DNA from: Octopus bimaculoides
Taxonomy: Eukaryota
Direction: 5' to 3'
Assembly: GCF_001194135.2 (NCBI RefSeq)
Contig: NC_068992.1
Location: 2,999,693 to 3,063,692, forward strand
DNA length: 64,000 nt
A program made the translations under genes and the position numbers. Under the pieces are notes generated by a model, which was not told the DNA's origin, did no database searches, and saw nothing but the letters and a program-made list of their open reading frames with translations. Below, piece after piece: positions 1-12,240 of the stretch (positions within the stretch are counted from its first letter, which is position 1; each line of letters begins with the position of its first letter).

Positions 1-2079
1 ACATGGTAACAGATGAATGTATGAATTAATTAATATGAACGTTTGTGACTGAAAGAGAAAGACTACATAAAGAAGAAAGTGAGAAATAAAATTATGGAAA
101 GGCATAGCCATGGAGTGTAGAACAGGGTCAAAGAAGAGGAAAGGGAAGAAAGAAAGAGTGAATGAGTTTGTAGAATATAGAATAAAACAAAGAGGGAAAG
201 AGGAAAAAAAGAATAGAAGATGGAAGTTAACAATGAAATAATTTGTAATGTATGCTAAAATCTGCAGACTTTGGAATTGTGTTTGATATAATTGCATTTG
301 ATAACCAAATGTTGGAAGGTTTAGTACGTCTTGTATCAATGTAAATGAACATTGTTTCAAGATTTAAATGTTAGATAGAAATAACAATGAAGGGAACTAG
401 CTTTATTGATTCACTTCCTAAGAAAAAAATATACAGAAAATACTGTTAGGACAGAGCATGTATTCATAATGTGCAACTAATGTGGTGTTTCTCAAAGTGT
501 ATGAAGAATACACATTTCGTGTTTTATCTATTCAGGGATTTGGGAATTTTCGGTCACTTCTGTTATCTGCTATTCCTTATCTGGAAACTCTTCCTCAGGG
601 GCCAACTGAAAGAAAGCATAAGAATCTGAAGAAAGTGAAGAAATTCAACAGGTTCGTTTTGCTGTCGACAGGTTTTAGACTGAAAGACAGCAACGAATTA
701 GGGAAAATATTGATCAAACAGAATGGTGCTACAATAAAATAGCTTCCTGGATTTCTTAAAGTCTGCTTCTCCAGAGTATCCCAAAAATGCAACACTTCAA
801 GAGATACAGTCAAAACATTTGAATGTGAGAACATGACAGATTTTGGATTTGCGGCCTTTATAATATTCAGAGACAGCTCGATGACCTAATAGACAATATT
901 CTTACATTATGTTAGGATCCTCTCAGATTTGTGAACATTGACTTTGTGGGTTCAAACAGAGGCAGAACAAAGGTTAACAAGTAGTTATAGTAGGTTTAAT
1001 GTATATAGAGTTATGAAGTTACAGAAAATTGATATGATCAACAGATACACAACCCAGCTCTCACTAAAACTGCATCTGTTGGTGAAGGGCAGGAATAAAG
1101 TGACATTATTTTGTAATCAAGACGTGAGTATTTGGATTGAATTTTTAAAACTCTTAGGAATTACTCCAATACCCTCTGCTGTCTGTAGTGGTCAAGATGG
1201 ATGACCATAGTGGTTAGCTATGGTAGGTCATCCTAGGAAAATGACAAGAAATTGGTCAGTCAATCAGTTACAAAGAATTCTACTCCTGTCATTTTATGGC
1301 ACTCGGTTCTGTAACTTAAATACAAAGCCAGATGAAGAAATGGCAGTAGTGTAGGAGTCTTTGGGGGAAACCTGATATGAATCAGTTTGTTAAAATAAAT
1401 GAGCATTGATTGGTAAGTGGCCAAAAGAATACTAATCGAGATGCCATGAACAATATTGGAAATGTGAGGAATTTGCCGAATCTCCTGGTAATAACAAGCA
1501 AGAACTTCTTCACATTCCTCACTATTATTTTTTCACTTTCTTAAATATTGAAAATAAAAATGTGTGTGTGTGTGTGTGTGTGTGTTTTGTTTAACTCAAA
1601 ATCTTTTCAAAACTGGCATATCAAATGTAATAAGCTACCTTCATCATATTCTTCACCAGCATCTATCAGATACATCTCCATCCAGAACAATGCATCAACC
1701 AGACTTTATATATGATATTTCTCTCTTATCCCCTGTGTGTGTTAGAGACTTGTTATAGAGACTTGTGGCTTATTCATTTCATTAATTTTTCTCTTTTGCA
1801 ACCTACAGATTGATGTTTCTGATTATAACAACTTCCATTTGGAATATTCTAATCATGTAGATAGGCAACCAAGAATAATGGTTATATTATTTCACTCAGT
1901 TGATGCAATGCTGGTGATTCAGCTGCTAAACTTTTACCTTGTTAATTAGCCAAAGTATAGTTTATTTATACTCTGGATACAATAGGAAAAAGCGAAGGAG
2001 TATGTTAATATTAATGATTGCATGCAGTGTTATGATAACAGGTGCAGTAGCAGCAAGCTTCTTCTTCTTCTTGTTATTA

Positions 2080-2114
<35 letters not shown>

Positions 2115-2564
2115 GCTGACACAGCACTAGCATTGTTCATCAACTATATAGTGTTATTTCCTTCATGAAGCAGAAACTCATCAATATTGAAAGATTTATA
2201 AAACAAAAAAGCAAAAAAAAAGAAACAACTAGTAATTATTTCACGTATTATTAAGGTCAGCTCTACAGATTTTCCATAGAAGCTACAACCAAAACTGATA
2301 ATGTTATGGTGTTTTGTATCTGAGATGCCAGATGTAAACAGACAATGAGACCGAGGATGAAAAAATGAGATTATCTTCAATCTCATTGTTTGTTTACATC
2401 TGGCGTCTCAGATACAAAACGTTGTAACAGAATCAGTGCTGTGTGTAGTTTCTATAGAAAACCTATAGAGATGACCTTAACATGTAATGTAAGAGCACTG
2501 CTAACACAGTAGAGCACAGTATTGACTTATAAAATTGTTTAATATATTTTGTAGTATAGCATCT

Positions 2565-2843
2565 TCCATCCTTCTTTCTTTCTCCCTCGCTCCATCTTTC
2601 TTTCTTTCTCCCTCGCTCCATCTTTCTTTCTTTCTCCCTCGCTCCATCTTTCTTTCTTTCTCCCTCGCTCCATCTTTCTTTCTTTCTCCCTCGCTCCATC
2701 TTTCNNNNNNNNNNNNNNNNNNNNNNNNNNNNNNNNNNNNNNNNNNNNNNNNNNNNNNNNNNNNNNNNNNNNTTCCATCCTTCTTTCTTTCTCCCTCGCT
2801 CCATCTTTCTTTCTTTCTCCCTCGCTCCATCTTTCTTTCTTTC
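2565..2843. repeat. 26-bp polypyrimidine minisatellite (TCCATCTTTCTTTCTTTCTCCCTCGC)n, spans an N-gap
   Basis: The unit is read directly about 5 times before and about 3 times after gap 2705-2772. The ORF-track peptide repeats every 26 aa (3 units). Confidence 0.95.
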
Positions 2844-2849
2844 ATTCTG

Positions 2850-2915
2850 TTCGACTAAAGGCAGTGCTCCAGCATGGTCACAATCAAATGACTGAAACAA
2901 GTAAAAGAATAAAAA
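2850..2915 (+). mobile_element. 3' tail of a tRNA-derived SINE
   Basis: gactaaaggcagtgctccagcatggtcacaatcaaatgactgaaacaagtaaaaga matches the tails at 29570-29640, 56350-56410 and 59073-59110 (-). Confidence 0.7.
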
Positions 2916-4110
2916 CTATGTTGTTTTAATCCCGAGCAACACTGGGTATCTCTGCTCGTTACTAATGATCATTGTGTCATATGTTGACGATGTTACACTC
3001 ATTGCTAATTGTCATCGTCACCAATGTCATCATCTCGTTCATTTGACAGAATCAGTAAAGCATCAGGTCACAAATGCCTTGAAGCATTTCTTCCAGCTCT
3101 TTACATTCTCAGTTCAAATTCTGCTTAGGATAGTTTTTGCCTTTCATCTTTTTGAGGTCGATAAAGTAAAATACCTGTGAAATACGAGGGTCCACCCGAT
3201 TGTCTAATCCCCACAGATTTGGGGTCTTGTCCCTAAATTACAAACAATTATGTCTTCTTAAAGGAATCGCTATTGTGTTATTTATGTAAGGTGTTGATTT
3301 ATTTATTTATCAGATGAACATAGAATAGCTTAATTTATGTTCCTTTTTTGATTAGAAATTTCACTAAATAGACGATTAGTGATGGGGAAGGAGGTAGTTT
3401 TGTAATTAGTGATATTAAATGAAGGAAAGGAGTTCCAGAAGATCCGAGATTTATCTTCACACCACAGAACATAACTTGAAATTTGTTTCAGAAAATATGA
3501 ATTAATGTGAGATAAAAGACACTTGAAGATCTATTTGAGGTCATTTTATTCAAGTTTAAACCTCCATAATTAAAACAAAGAAATTTTAAGTTTCTTTTTC
3601 TTCATATTTGAATTTCTCTCCAAGTTCTGGTACAAAATTCTTTGCTTAATACCATTAGTATCTCATTAGAACCATTCTACTTTCACTTTTCTTCATAACT
3701 TATTAATTAAGCACCAAATTACAATCATATAATTAGACACTTCTGTATTCTTCACTTCTCTTAAGGTTTATTTCCATTTTCACATCAGTTTCTTTCATTG
3801 CATTCATAATAATTTTATAGACACGTATTATAAAGCTGAGTTTCATCTAAAAACATTTCTTTCTGCTCTTAAAGCTTCATATTTTAGCCATAATTTCATA
3901 TGAAAACTATTGGAAACTGAATGAATCGAAACATAGCTGACACAAAACCTTTGTGATAAATGGCCTGTAAACTTATCAAATATTAACAGATTTGTTTTAA
4001 CTGAATAATTCCTCATTTGCTTTATAAAGAATTCATCTTCAATCAACAAATTTTCCAAGATTTGTGTAGCTATTAGATTTTTTCTGGATATATAGATATA
4101 TTTATACATA

Positions 4111-4147
<37 letters not shown>

Positions 4148-4148
<1 letters not shown>

Positions 4149-4305
4149 GGTGCAGGAGTGGCTGTGTGGTAAGTAGCTTGCTTACCAACCATACGGTTCC
4201 AGGTTCAGTCCCACTGCGTGGTACCTTGGGCAAGTGTCTTCTACTATAGCTTCGGGCTGACCAAAGCCTTGAGTAGAATTGGTAAACAGAAACTGAAAGA
4301 AACCA

Positions 4306-4310
<5 letters not shown>
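4148..4310 (+). mobile_element. tRNA-derived SINE, 5' half ending in (TA)n(TG)n
   Basis: A-box-like TGGCTGTGTGG, B-box-like GGTTCAGTCCC and ccttgggcaagtg core. The same family occurs at 56022 and 59612. Confidence 0.85.
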
Positions 4311-4359
<49 letters not shown>

Positions 4360-4889
4360 CGTGTGCGTGCGTGTGTGTGTGTGTTTAGGAATTGGATAAT
4401 AGCTTCAAAATGTAATTACTTACACATGCATATACTCGTTTCTATTATGTCTAAATGTCTTGGGGGTGGGGAAGAAAGAATCAAAAATATAATATACATA
4501 TTTCAATATTTTCATTTGTTAACATACACAGACATCTACTATTGAATGGAATTACAAGTCTATCTCTTGGCACACATTTATTTTGGCAAGTTCACATTCA
4601 ACTTGGAGCCAGATATAAGTCAAAGAAAATAGCGTTTGGTTAATATGAACATCTCTGGATTGCTGACATATTTGTATGTCCCTCTTTATGACTTCTGCAA
4701 CAGGTCAATATCTACAAGAGAACGCTATCAAAGGAAATCATATGGTTGTGGTCAACAATAGAATAATGGACAGTGGTCACTATAACAAATTTGTTCATAG
4801 TATGGCTAAAATCAATGGAAGGCTGGAAAGAATGTCTTGTTACATTTTAAGATGGAAAAGAAACAAACACTCCTTTGGTTATAATCTAC

Positions 4890-5481
4890 TTAACCATTTA
4901 GCATTCAGATTACTCTGTTAAATGTTATGTTTCTTTATTCACATTCATCATCATCATCATCATCATCATCTTCATCATTTAACGTACATTGTCCATGCTG
5001 GCATTGGTTGGATGGTTTGACCAGGGCTGGCAATTTAGAAGGCTGCACCAGAGTCCAGTCTGATTTGACATGATTTCCTACAGCTGGATGCTCTTCCTAA
5101 TGCCAACCATTCTAAGAGTGTAATGGGTGCTTGTACGTGCCACCGGCAAGGGTGCTGTTTGCGTGACACCAGTACTGCAATTTCACTTGGTTTGATGGGT
5201 CCTCTTCTGAAGCACCACATAATGCCAAATGTCTCGGTCATTCGTCATTGCCTCCATCAGACCCAACACTCAAAAGGTGATCAGCATGTGCCACTGGCAT
5301 TGGCCACCTTGTTTCCATGAGGCCCAGTGCTCAAAATGTGCTTTTTATGCATTAATGTGATTGTTTATTTTTACATTGACTTTCTAGGATAGGTGTGAGA
5401 GGCCAGATCTGACCAGTTTGAAACATAAAGCAGGTAGAAAATTTGGGCTGGACATGTCCAGTTTAAAAGCTAAATGGTTAA
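4890..5481. mobile_element. piggyBac-type MITE (TTAA TSD) interrupted by an RTE-type 3' end
   Basis: TTAA-ccatttagc at 4890 and gctaaatgg-TTAA ending 5481. The ends match the uninterrupted copy at 13421-13638. Confidence 0.7.
4945..5340 (-). mobile_element. RTE-associated retroposon 3' end with (GAT)n tail
   Basis: (CAT)n followed by tttaacgt..ccatgctggcat..ctacagctggatgctcttcctaatgccaacc. Homologous to the 3' end of the RTE at 17494-18400. Confidence 0.8.
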
Positions 5482-5762
5482 TCAAGATGATATTTCCCAT
5501 CATTATTGATAACATAATATCATCTATTCATCAAATTGTTGATCCCTTGGGTGTAAAATTTTTCAGGTTTCAAAGCAAAGGACACATTCATATCGTATCT
5601 AACCTCTTCACAACTAATAAACTGTTTTCCCTCTAAACCTCACTGAACAAGCTTAGGAGGGTAAGGAGGATGAGGCAGAACATCTATATTTAGTGTCATA
5701 ACCTTTTCTTAAATGACTTGGGGAATATGAAATCTTGCATTATCATGTAAGAACAACACCTT
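5478..5762 (-). pseudogene. mariner transposase C-terminal remnant
   Basis: One frame with 3 internal stops: KVLFLHDNARFHIPQVI*EKVMTLNIDVLPHPPYPPKL...FYTQGINNLMNR*YYVINNDGKYHLD*. It carries the mariner motifs LHDNARPH, VLPHPPYSPDL and GI..L..RW. Confidence 0.85.
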
Positions 5763-6252
5763 TTTAACATTATTTACATTTGATGGATATTTGTCCTCAT
5801 CTTGTTTGTTTTTAACACATTTTGGCTGATATACCCTCCAGCCTTCATCAGGTGTCTTGAGAAAATTCTGAACATGGGTTCTCATTCCTAAGGTATTTTC
5901 TGATGTTATTATCATTTTTATTATTATTATTATTATTATTATTTAGGTCACTACCTGGAATCGAACTCGGAATCTTGGGGTTAATAGCCCATGCTCTTAA
6001 CCACTACACCCAAGATTCCAAGTTTGATTCCAGGCAGTGACCTGAATAATGATGATAATAATAATAATAATAATAATATCGAAAAATACCTTAGGAATGT
6101 GAACCCATGTTCGAAATTTCCCCAAGGCACCTGAGGAAGGCTGAAGGGTATATCAGCTGAAATGTTGTGTTAACAACAAACAAGATGAGGACAAATATCT
6201 GTCAAATGTAAATAATGTACATAATTCTTCTATCTCTGAAATATAGAACTGT
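5763..6252. mobile_element. Palindromic hammerhead-bearing SINE-like element, copy A
   Basis: Left arm ~5767-5980 is the reverse complement of right arm ~6008-6218. The right arm has a ~33-nt extra 3' end. AACACCTT occurs at 5755-5762 and 6253-6260. Confidence 0.9.
6126..6171 (+). ncRNA. Degenerate minimal type I hammerhead ribozyme
   Basis: GGCAC-CTGAGGA-A-GGCTG(loop)CAGCT-GAAAT-GTT-GTGTT. Both CpGs are mutated to TG. Confidence 0.6.
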
Positions 6253-6260
6253 AACACCTT

Positions 6261-6325
6261 GGGACTGAACACGGAACCATGTGGTTGGTAAGCAAGCTAT
6301 TTACCACACAGCCACTCCTGCACCT
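6261..6325 (-). mobile_element. tRNA-derived SINE head, truncated
   Basis: Reverse complement of the head at 4148. Confidence 0.8.
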
Positions 6326-6359
6326 ATATATTCATATGAAGCTAAGTTTCTCTGGTTGC

Positions 6360-7150
6360 ACCACAAAAAGTGACAGGCAGAATCAAAACCACTGGTGGGG
6401 GGCAGGCACTGATCCTGAGCTGCTCTAATGAAGTGTTCTGTTTCTGGCTCAAGGCCAGATGCAGCCAACCATTGATGGGTCATATCTGTATTGAGATCAA
6501 GATCACTGACCCTCATATGGAATTTGCCAGGCAATCTTTTACTTTTTCGTTGGTTTCACAGCTCTGAGATTACATTTGATTTGGATTTTGCCATTATTTG
6601 TTTTTCTATCACAGTGAGGTCTTCTGTTCCTCTAGTTTCATCATTGATCTTTAATTCCTTCATATCTTCCATTGCTTTTTCTGATATTGAGAACAAGTTT
6701 TGGTACTTTCACATTTGCAGACAAGTTTAAGCATCCAGTTATTGATGTTCTTCAGACAGGTGTATACCCCTATGATTGCTGTCTTTAGGGACAGTTACAG
6801 CTGCATCCACCCATGTCATCAATTCTTTCATTTGATGTATAGTCTGTCTACACTTGCCTTTGGGCGATGCATACAGTGCATTGCTAAAAACTTCCATATT
6901 TCTACCTCAATTTTGCTTACCTCATTGATGGATCACTTTATGATATCAAAGCTCTAGATCACAGCAAGTATAACCAGGATATATTGATGGTATCCATCCT
7001 GTTTTTCATACTGAGTTCACTTTTTAGGCTAGCTTGAATTATCAACAACACTTTACCATTTTTGTCTTTTAGTGGCATATTTAGTCAGCCTCTTGTTCTG
7101 GCCAGTATTGCGACTGACTGCTTTGTTAGGGTCACTTCCCTTGTTCTCTG
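6360..7150 (-). pseudogene. R4/Dong-type non-LTR retrotransposon remnant (RT C-terminal region)
   Basis: FLAMHCMHRPKASVDRLY (6841-6900) and THQWLAASGLEPETEHFIRAAQDQ match the R4-clade motifs MHHPKADVDRLY and LK.ETEGFI.AAQDQ. Frameshifted. Confidence 0.75.
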
Positions 7151-7912
7151 TATCATTTCTGTTATATTTTCTATAGTATTACTTGTCAATATTATTCAGG
7201 TTATTATACATGGAGTCAGAAGTATATATTTTATGTCTGGATATTCAAATTATATTTTCCAGAGAGGTCTTTCTTACCGTTTCTTGTTTTGGTATTACCT
7301 TATTCGCTCTCTCTGCACTTGTTTTGGCTTCATTGTTCTGGTTTCGCTTTTTCATGTTATGTTGGCTCTTTTCTGTTATTTTCATTGTTTTCAAACCTTA
7401 TCTAATATTTGGTTATTTCTCATGTATTATTCTTTGTGTTCTGAGTTGATCTTTTTGTTTTTCACTTGAGTTCAGTTTTTGTATTTGAGATATTGTTTTC
7501 TTATTAATTATAATTCACATATATTTGTTATTTTATTTAAGTAGTTTGAATCAACAAATGAGTTGATAGGTTTTGAAATGATGCTGTTCAAAGATAGTGT
7601 AAAAAATTAACACTTCCTTCTCCAAGCTTAGATTCGAAACTGAATCTAAGGATTTTTGGTTGTCCAAACCACCACAATCAACAGGCACGCAAAAAGGTTT
7701 CCTTTGTCCTGTCAAAAAATGATAAATTATCTCCCTTTGACCTACGACCTCAGCTATGTCAGGCGAAGTTCAAATGGACAGGAGCTGACCTATTTAGGCA
7801 CAATCTCCGCTGCAATATGTCTGTCTTTCTAACTGCCACGGCTGTTATAAATACTGTGGTCAGCAGAGAGACAGACAAGAAAGTCTTTGGCAGACTACTT
7901 TCTCAGATGAAC

Positions 7913-7944
<32 letters not shown>

Positions 7945-9791
7945 ACATATTCAGTTCTGTCAAATCACCTCCACAGATGTGCCCTTGTTTCTATTACTAG
8001 CAACTCGTAGCAGTTGTCAACAATTACATGTAGTGAAAAATATTGTATACCAAAGGCAAATGCAAGTACAGTAAATAAATTATTTTAATTATGAATCATA
8101 GTCATTTATTTGTTTACTTCAAAGGCATCCACATGTCTATCACATACTGATACACACTTAACCACTACAATAGTTTCAGTGACCTTGAATCAGAGGTTTC
8201 CACCTGGAGATTTTTTCAAGAGTAAGATGCATCTGGTACCAGTCTAAGACGGACATTAGTGGATTTTTCAAGGATACTTAGCTAACATTGATTGTTTTCT
8301 GAAATTTCAGCTTGGTGACGAAATTCATTTGGTTTTATAAAGATACCATTAAGAGGATCAACATTGAATCAAACATTAACTCACTATGGTGGTGGGTGGG
8401 GGTGACATAATTATCAAATATACTTGTACAAAGAAGACATCAATAAGCATTGTTGAATGGCATTTTACTCAACCAAACGAAATGGTGACAACTGAAACAA
8501 GAAGATCAAATGGGCTGATGCATCAGAGTCCTAATTAATCAAAATAAAAATTATTAATTGAAATAGAAAATGGTTAATGTGGTGAGTGGAAGAATAGTTT
8601 CACTTTTAGCAGATATAGTGATAACTTTTACTTCACACTAATGGGTAGCAGAAATGATTGTGTAAACAGCAAATATTTTGTTCAATTGTGAAGTTCTGAC
8701 ATTTCTGTGGAGTAGGAAACTATGTTGAGGAAATAATTTAATATCGCATCAGAGATGATGTAAAATAAAAGAATTTAGATTTTGCTGATCCTTAGACCAA
8801 CAATTTTCCAGTAAGCACTTCACACTCTTCACAAATACATTATTTGATTATTTAAACCTACCTTGAAAATGTATTCCCTTCAGATTTAGCCTACTTCAAT
8901 AGAACTCTATATATATGAAGCTATCAAGGTGCCTGAGTACGCAACCCATGGAAGCTTTTAAATTGATTACTGAAAATGGGGATTAATGTTGATGGAATGT
9001 GTGATTTTGTTATAAGTGAACTGTAGGAACTAGAGAAAACATTTTAACGATACACAGTTTTCAAAGAGAAATATCATTCAGGTTTGGGAAGTGGAGTCTC
9101 AAAAGCATGAACTGTTTAGGAATTTAGGCTGGATTTGAGGATATAAAGAACTCTTATTAAATGACTCGACAATACAAGCCAAGGTTTAAAAGAATCATGT
9201 CTACTTTGGTTTCATGAGATAACTTGCTACTTATTTCTGCTTCTTTTGCCAATGTATTGTTCCTTTACATACACGCACACACACATGCACATACGCACAC
9301 ACATGCATGTACACACACAGACACATGCGTGCATTTCATTTGCAGCTTTTTGTCATTTCTATTGTTCTGTTTTGCATCATTTCCTTCAAATGCTTTTTTT
9401 CTTGAAGATCCTTCTTTTTTCCTATTTTGTCTCAACTACCAATTAAACAATATTTCATAAAATAACAAGTTTTTGTGTGCTATTTATCATCAGAAGGATT
9501 TCGTTTCATTAATGATTTAGCAAAAGTTAATTTTTTAAAAGGATTCAGTTATTGCTGCACCATTTTCTCTTCCTAGGTTTGTATTTTATATTCAGTTATT
9601 GCAAAAAATACTCCAATCTTCTTTGCATGGCTTTACACAATTGAAATGAAATGGAATCATAAAAGAAGACTATATGTTTATGAACGACCAAATGTAGCCT
9701 TTCACATGATATAAAATTTATGCTGGAACCAACCATTTTAGAGACAGATGGATAACTTGTATCAGCAGGATTTTAATATTGTTGCTGTTGT

Positions 9792-10230
9792 AAGGCAGCG
9801 AGCTGGCAGAAACATTAGCATGCTGGGTGAAATGCTTAGTGGTACTTTGTCTGTCTTTATGCTCTGAGTTCAAATTCCACCGAGGTCAACTTTGCCTTTC
9901 ATCCTTTCAGGGTCAATAAATTAAGTACTAGTTGTGTACTGGGGTCGATCTAATCGACTGGCCCCCTCCCCAAAAATTTCAGGCCTTGTGCCCAGAGTAG
10001 AAATGAATATTGTTACTGTTGTAAGGCGGCAAGCTGTAGCATGCCAGGCAAACTGCTTAGCAGCATTTCATCCGTCCTTGCATTCTGAGTTCAAATTCCG
10101 CTCAGGTTGACTTTGCCTTTCATACTTTTGGGGTCAATAAAATAAATATCAGTTGAACACTGGGGTCAATGTGATCAACTTATCACCCTCCTTCAAAATT
10201 GCTGGCCTTGTGCCAAAATTTGAAATCAAT
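9792..10230 (+). mobile_element. Two tandem tRNA-derived SINEs with a Nin/Deu-like central domain
   Basis: Copies at 9792-10007 and 10023-10230. Core gaggtcaactttgcctttcatcctttcagggtcaataaattaagtac, tail ggccttgtgcc. Confidence 0.8.
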
Positions 10231-11977
10231 ATTTTTGCTATTGTAGACCGACTTTGTTGTGACCAACCTTCTTAACAAAACAGAAGCTAATGTATTTGTT
10301 CTTCTGCTAAACATACAGAGAGATATTCTTTAAAACTTTTGTGAAGATTTAATCCTAGGAAATTCATTCCATTTTAAAGAACCACATAACATTTCCAGCA
10401 ACTTCTTTACATTTATTTGTGGCTATTTCCTAATCAGACTCGTTATCTAATTCAGAAATTTTGCTCAGCACATTGCTGTTTATTGAGAAATGGTTTCTTG
10501 TATGCTGCCCATAGAAATGAAGGATAAAGTCTAAATTCAACAATGTGTAAGATTTAGCGATTTAATAACAAAAATTCCTTATGTTACAAACACGAATTCT
10601 TGATAACCATCCTGCAAATCTCAAATTATTGCTGATCCTTCAAATGATAAGAATTGTAATACTGAGATCTATACAAGCTACCAATTCTGCTTTTTTGTAG
10701 TTCTTGTCTCTCTTTTGAGATATTTCCAAAGCACTTTTGAAAACATTCTATCTTCCCAAAACCTTTATCCACATCAGTATTTTTAACCCTTTGATTTATT
10801 TACTTTTTTATGTCATTGGTGCCACTTTTCTTAAGTTGACTGTTGAATCAACCTTAAATATCACGTAATAAAACTTTAGATCTAATGTTTTATTGCATAT
10901 TATTTAGTGCTGTTTATATAACACTGGCTGTTGGACTCTGACAGATTTAAATGTTGTAATCACTACTAGTAGTAGTAGTAGTAGCAGCAGCAGTAGTAAT
11001 AGCAGTAGTTGTATCAATGAACTGTCATTGCATGAGTGAGCATCTGAAAAGAGCAATGCTGCAGCTGGTGTATTTAAGAGAAGCCATATTTTTGAGCATA
11101 TAAGACACACCCCAATTTCAGCAGGCCTAATCTGCAAGAATGAAACTGCAGCTAATGCCAGATCCTCAAGCTGAAAAATCTCACACATTTTCATGTATAG
11201 GAACCATGAGAGTTTAGACTGACTCCCTTAAGCTATTGTGGTAGGCTAAGTTACAATACTTACTCTCACACTACCAAATTACAGCACTGACCTTCACCGT
11301 CATTAATAACACCAACCGTGTCTACCCAAATCTTGGCCTTCGGTATATAGGGCACAAAAAGACTTTTGGTGGGGAGGGGGGATTTTCAGGAAAACAGTGT
11401 GCCTTATATACTGGAAAATACAGTATATAATATGAAAGGATGACACATGTTGAATCTGAATTTGTGATAACCTGGAAGATAGAAGCTGCACTTCTGGTGA
11501 ACAAAGAATGAATTAGGATCAAGTAGACACATCAAACTTTTTGAGCTTCACACCTGTTAATAAATAGGCAATGATCGAGTTTTGTTTTTAAGCCTTGGTC
11601 ATAGTGGTAGTGGTGTTGGTCGCAGTCGTGGCAGTGGTAGTGGGTTTTGTGATGGTGCTGATGACAGTGGTGGTAGTGACCATCATTGTCGAGGTAGCAA
11701 CTGCAGCAGTGTCAAGGTGAATCACTGTAAAAAAATTTTGTGTAAAGAAACAAAAAGAAAAACCAGAACTTGTCTGCTATAACGAAGAATTTTATTTATG
11801 ACACAACGCCATTAGATCACAGTTGTAATTCTTCCTAAGACTTGTTTGATTTAGCTTTATTATTTATAAGTTGTTACTTCCATTAGAATCTAATGGGATT
11901 CTCCCTACACATTGTTGCCTGTAAAAAAAAAAAAAGTTTTTTTAATAAATTAAGAAATGTTTGCAATGAATTTTTGA

Positions 11978-12240
11978 TCATCATCATCATCGTTTAATGT
12001 CTGCTTTCCATGCTGGCATGAGTTGGATGGTTTGACTGAGGACTGGTAAGCCAGAGGCTGCACCAGGCTCCAATCTGATCTGGCAAAGTTTCTACAACTG
12101 GATGCCCTACCTAACACCAACCACTCCAAGAGCGGTTCTGGCAATGACCATGCTCAAAAGGTGTTTTTTATGTGCTACCTGCATGGGAGCCAGTCTGGCG
12201 GCACTGGCAATGACCACGCTCAAATGTTGTACCACTTGCA
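11978..12240 (-). mobile_element. RTE-associated retroposon 3' end
   Basis: (CAT)n-cgtttaatgtctgctttccatgctggcatg..ctacaactggatgccctacctaac. Confidence 0.8.
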
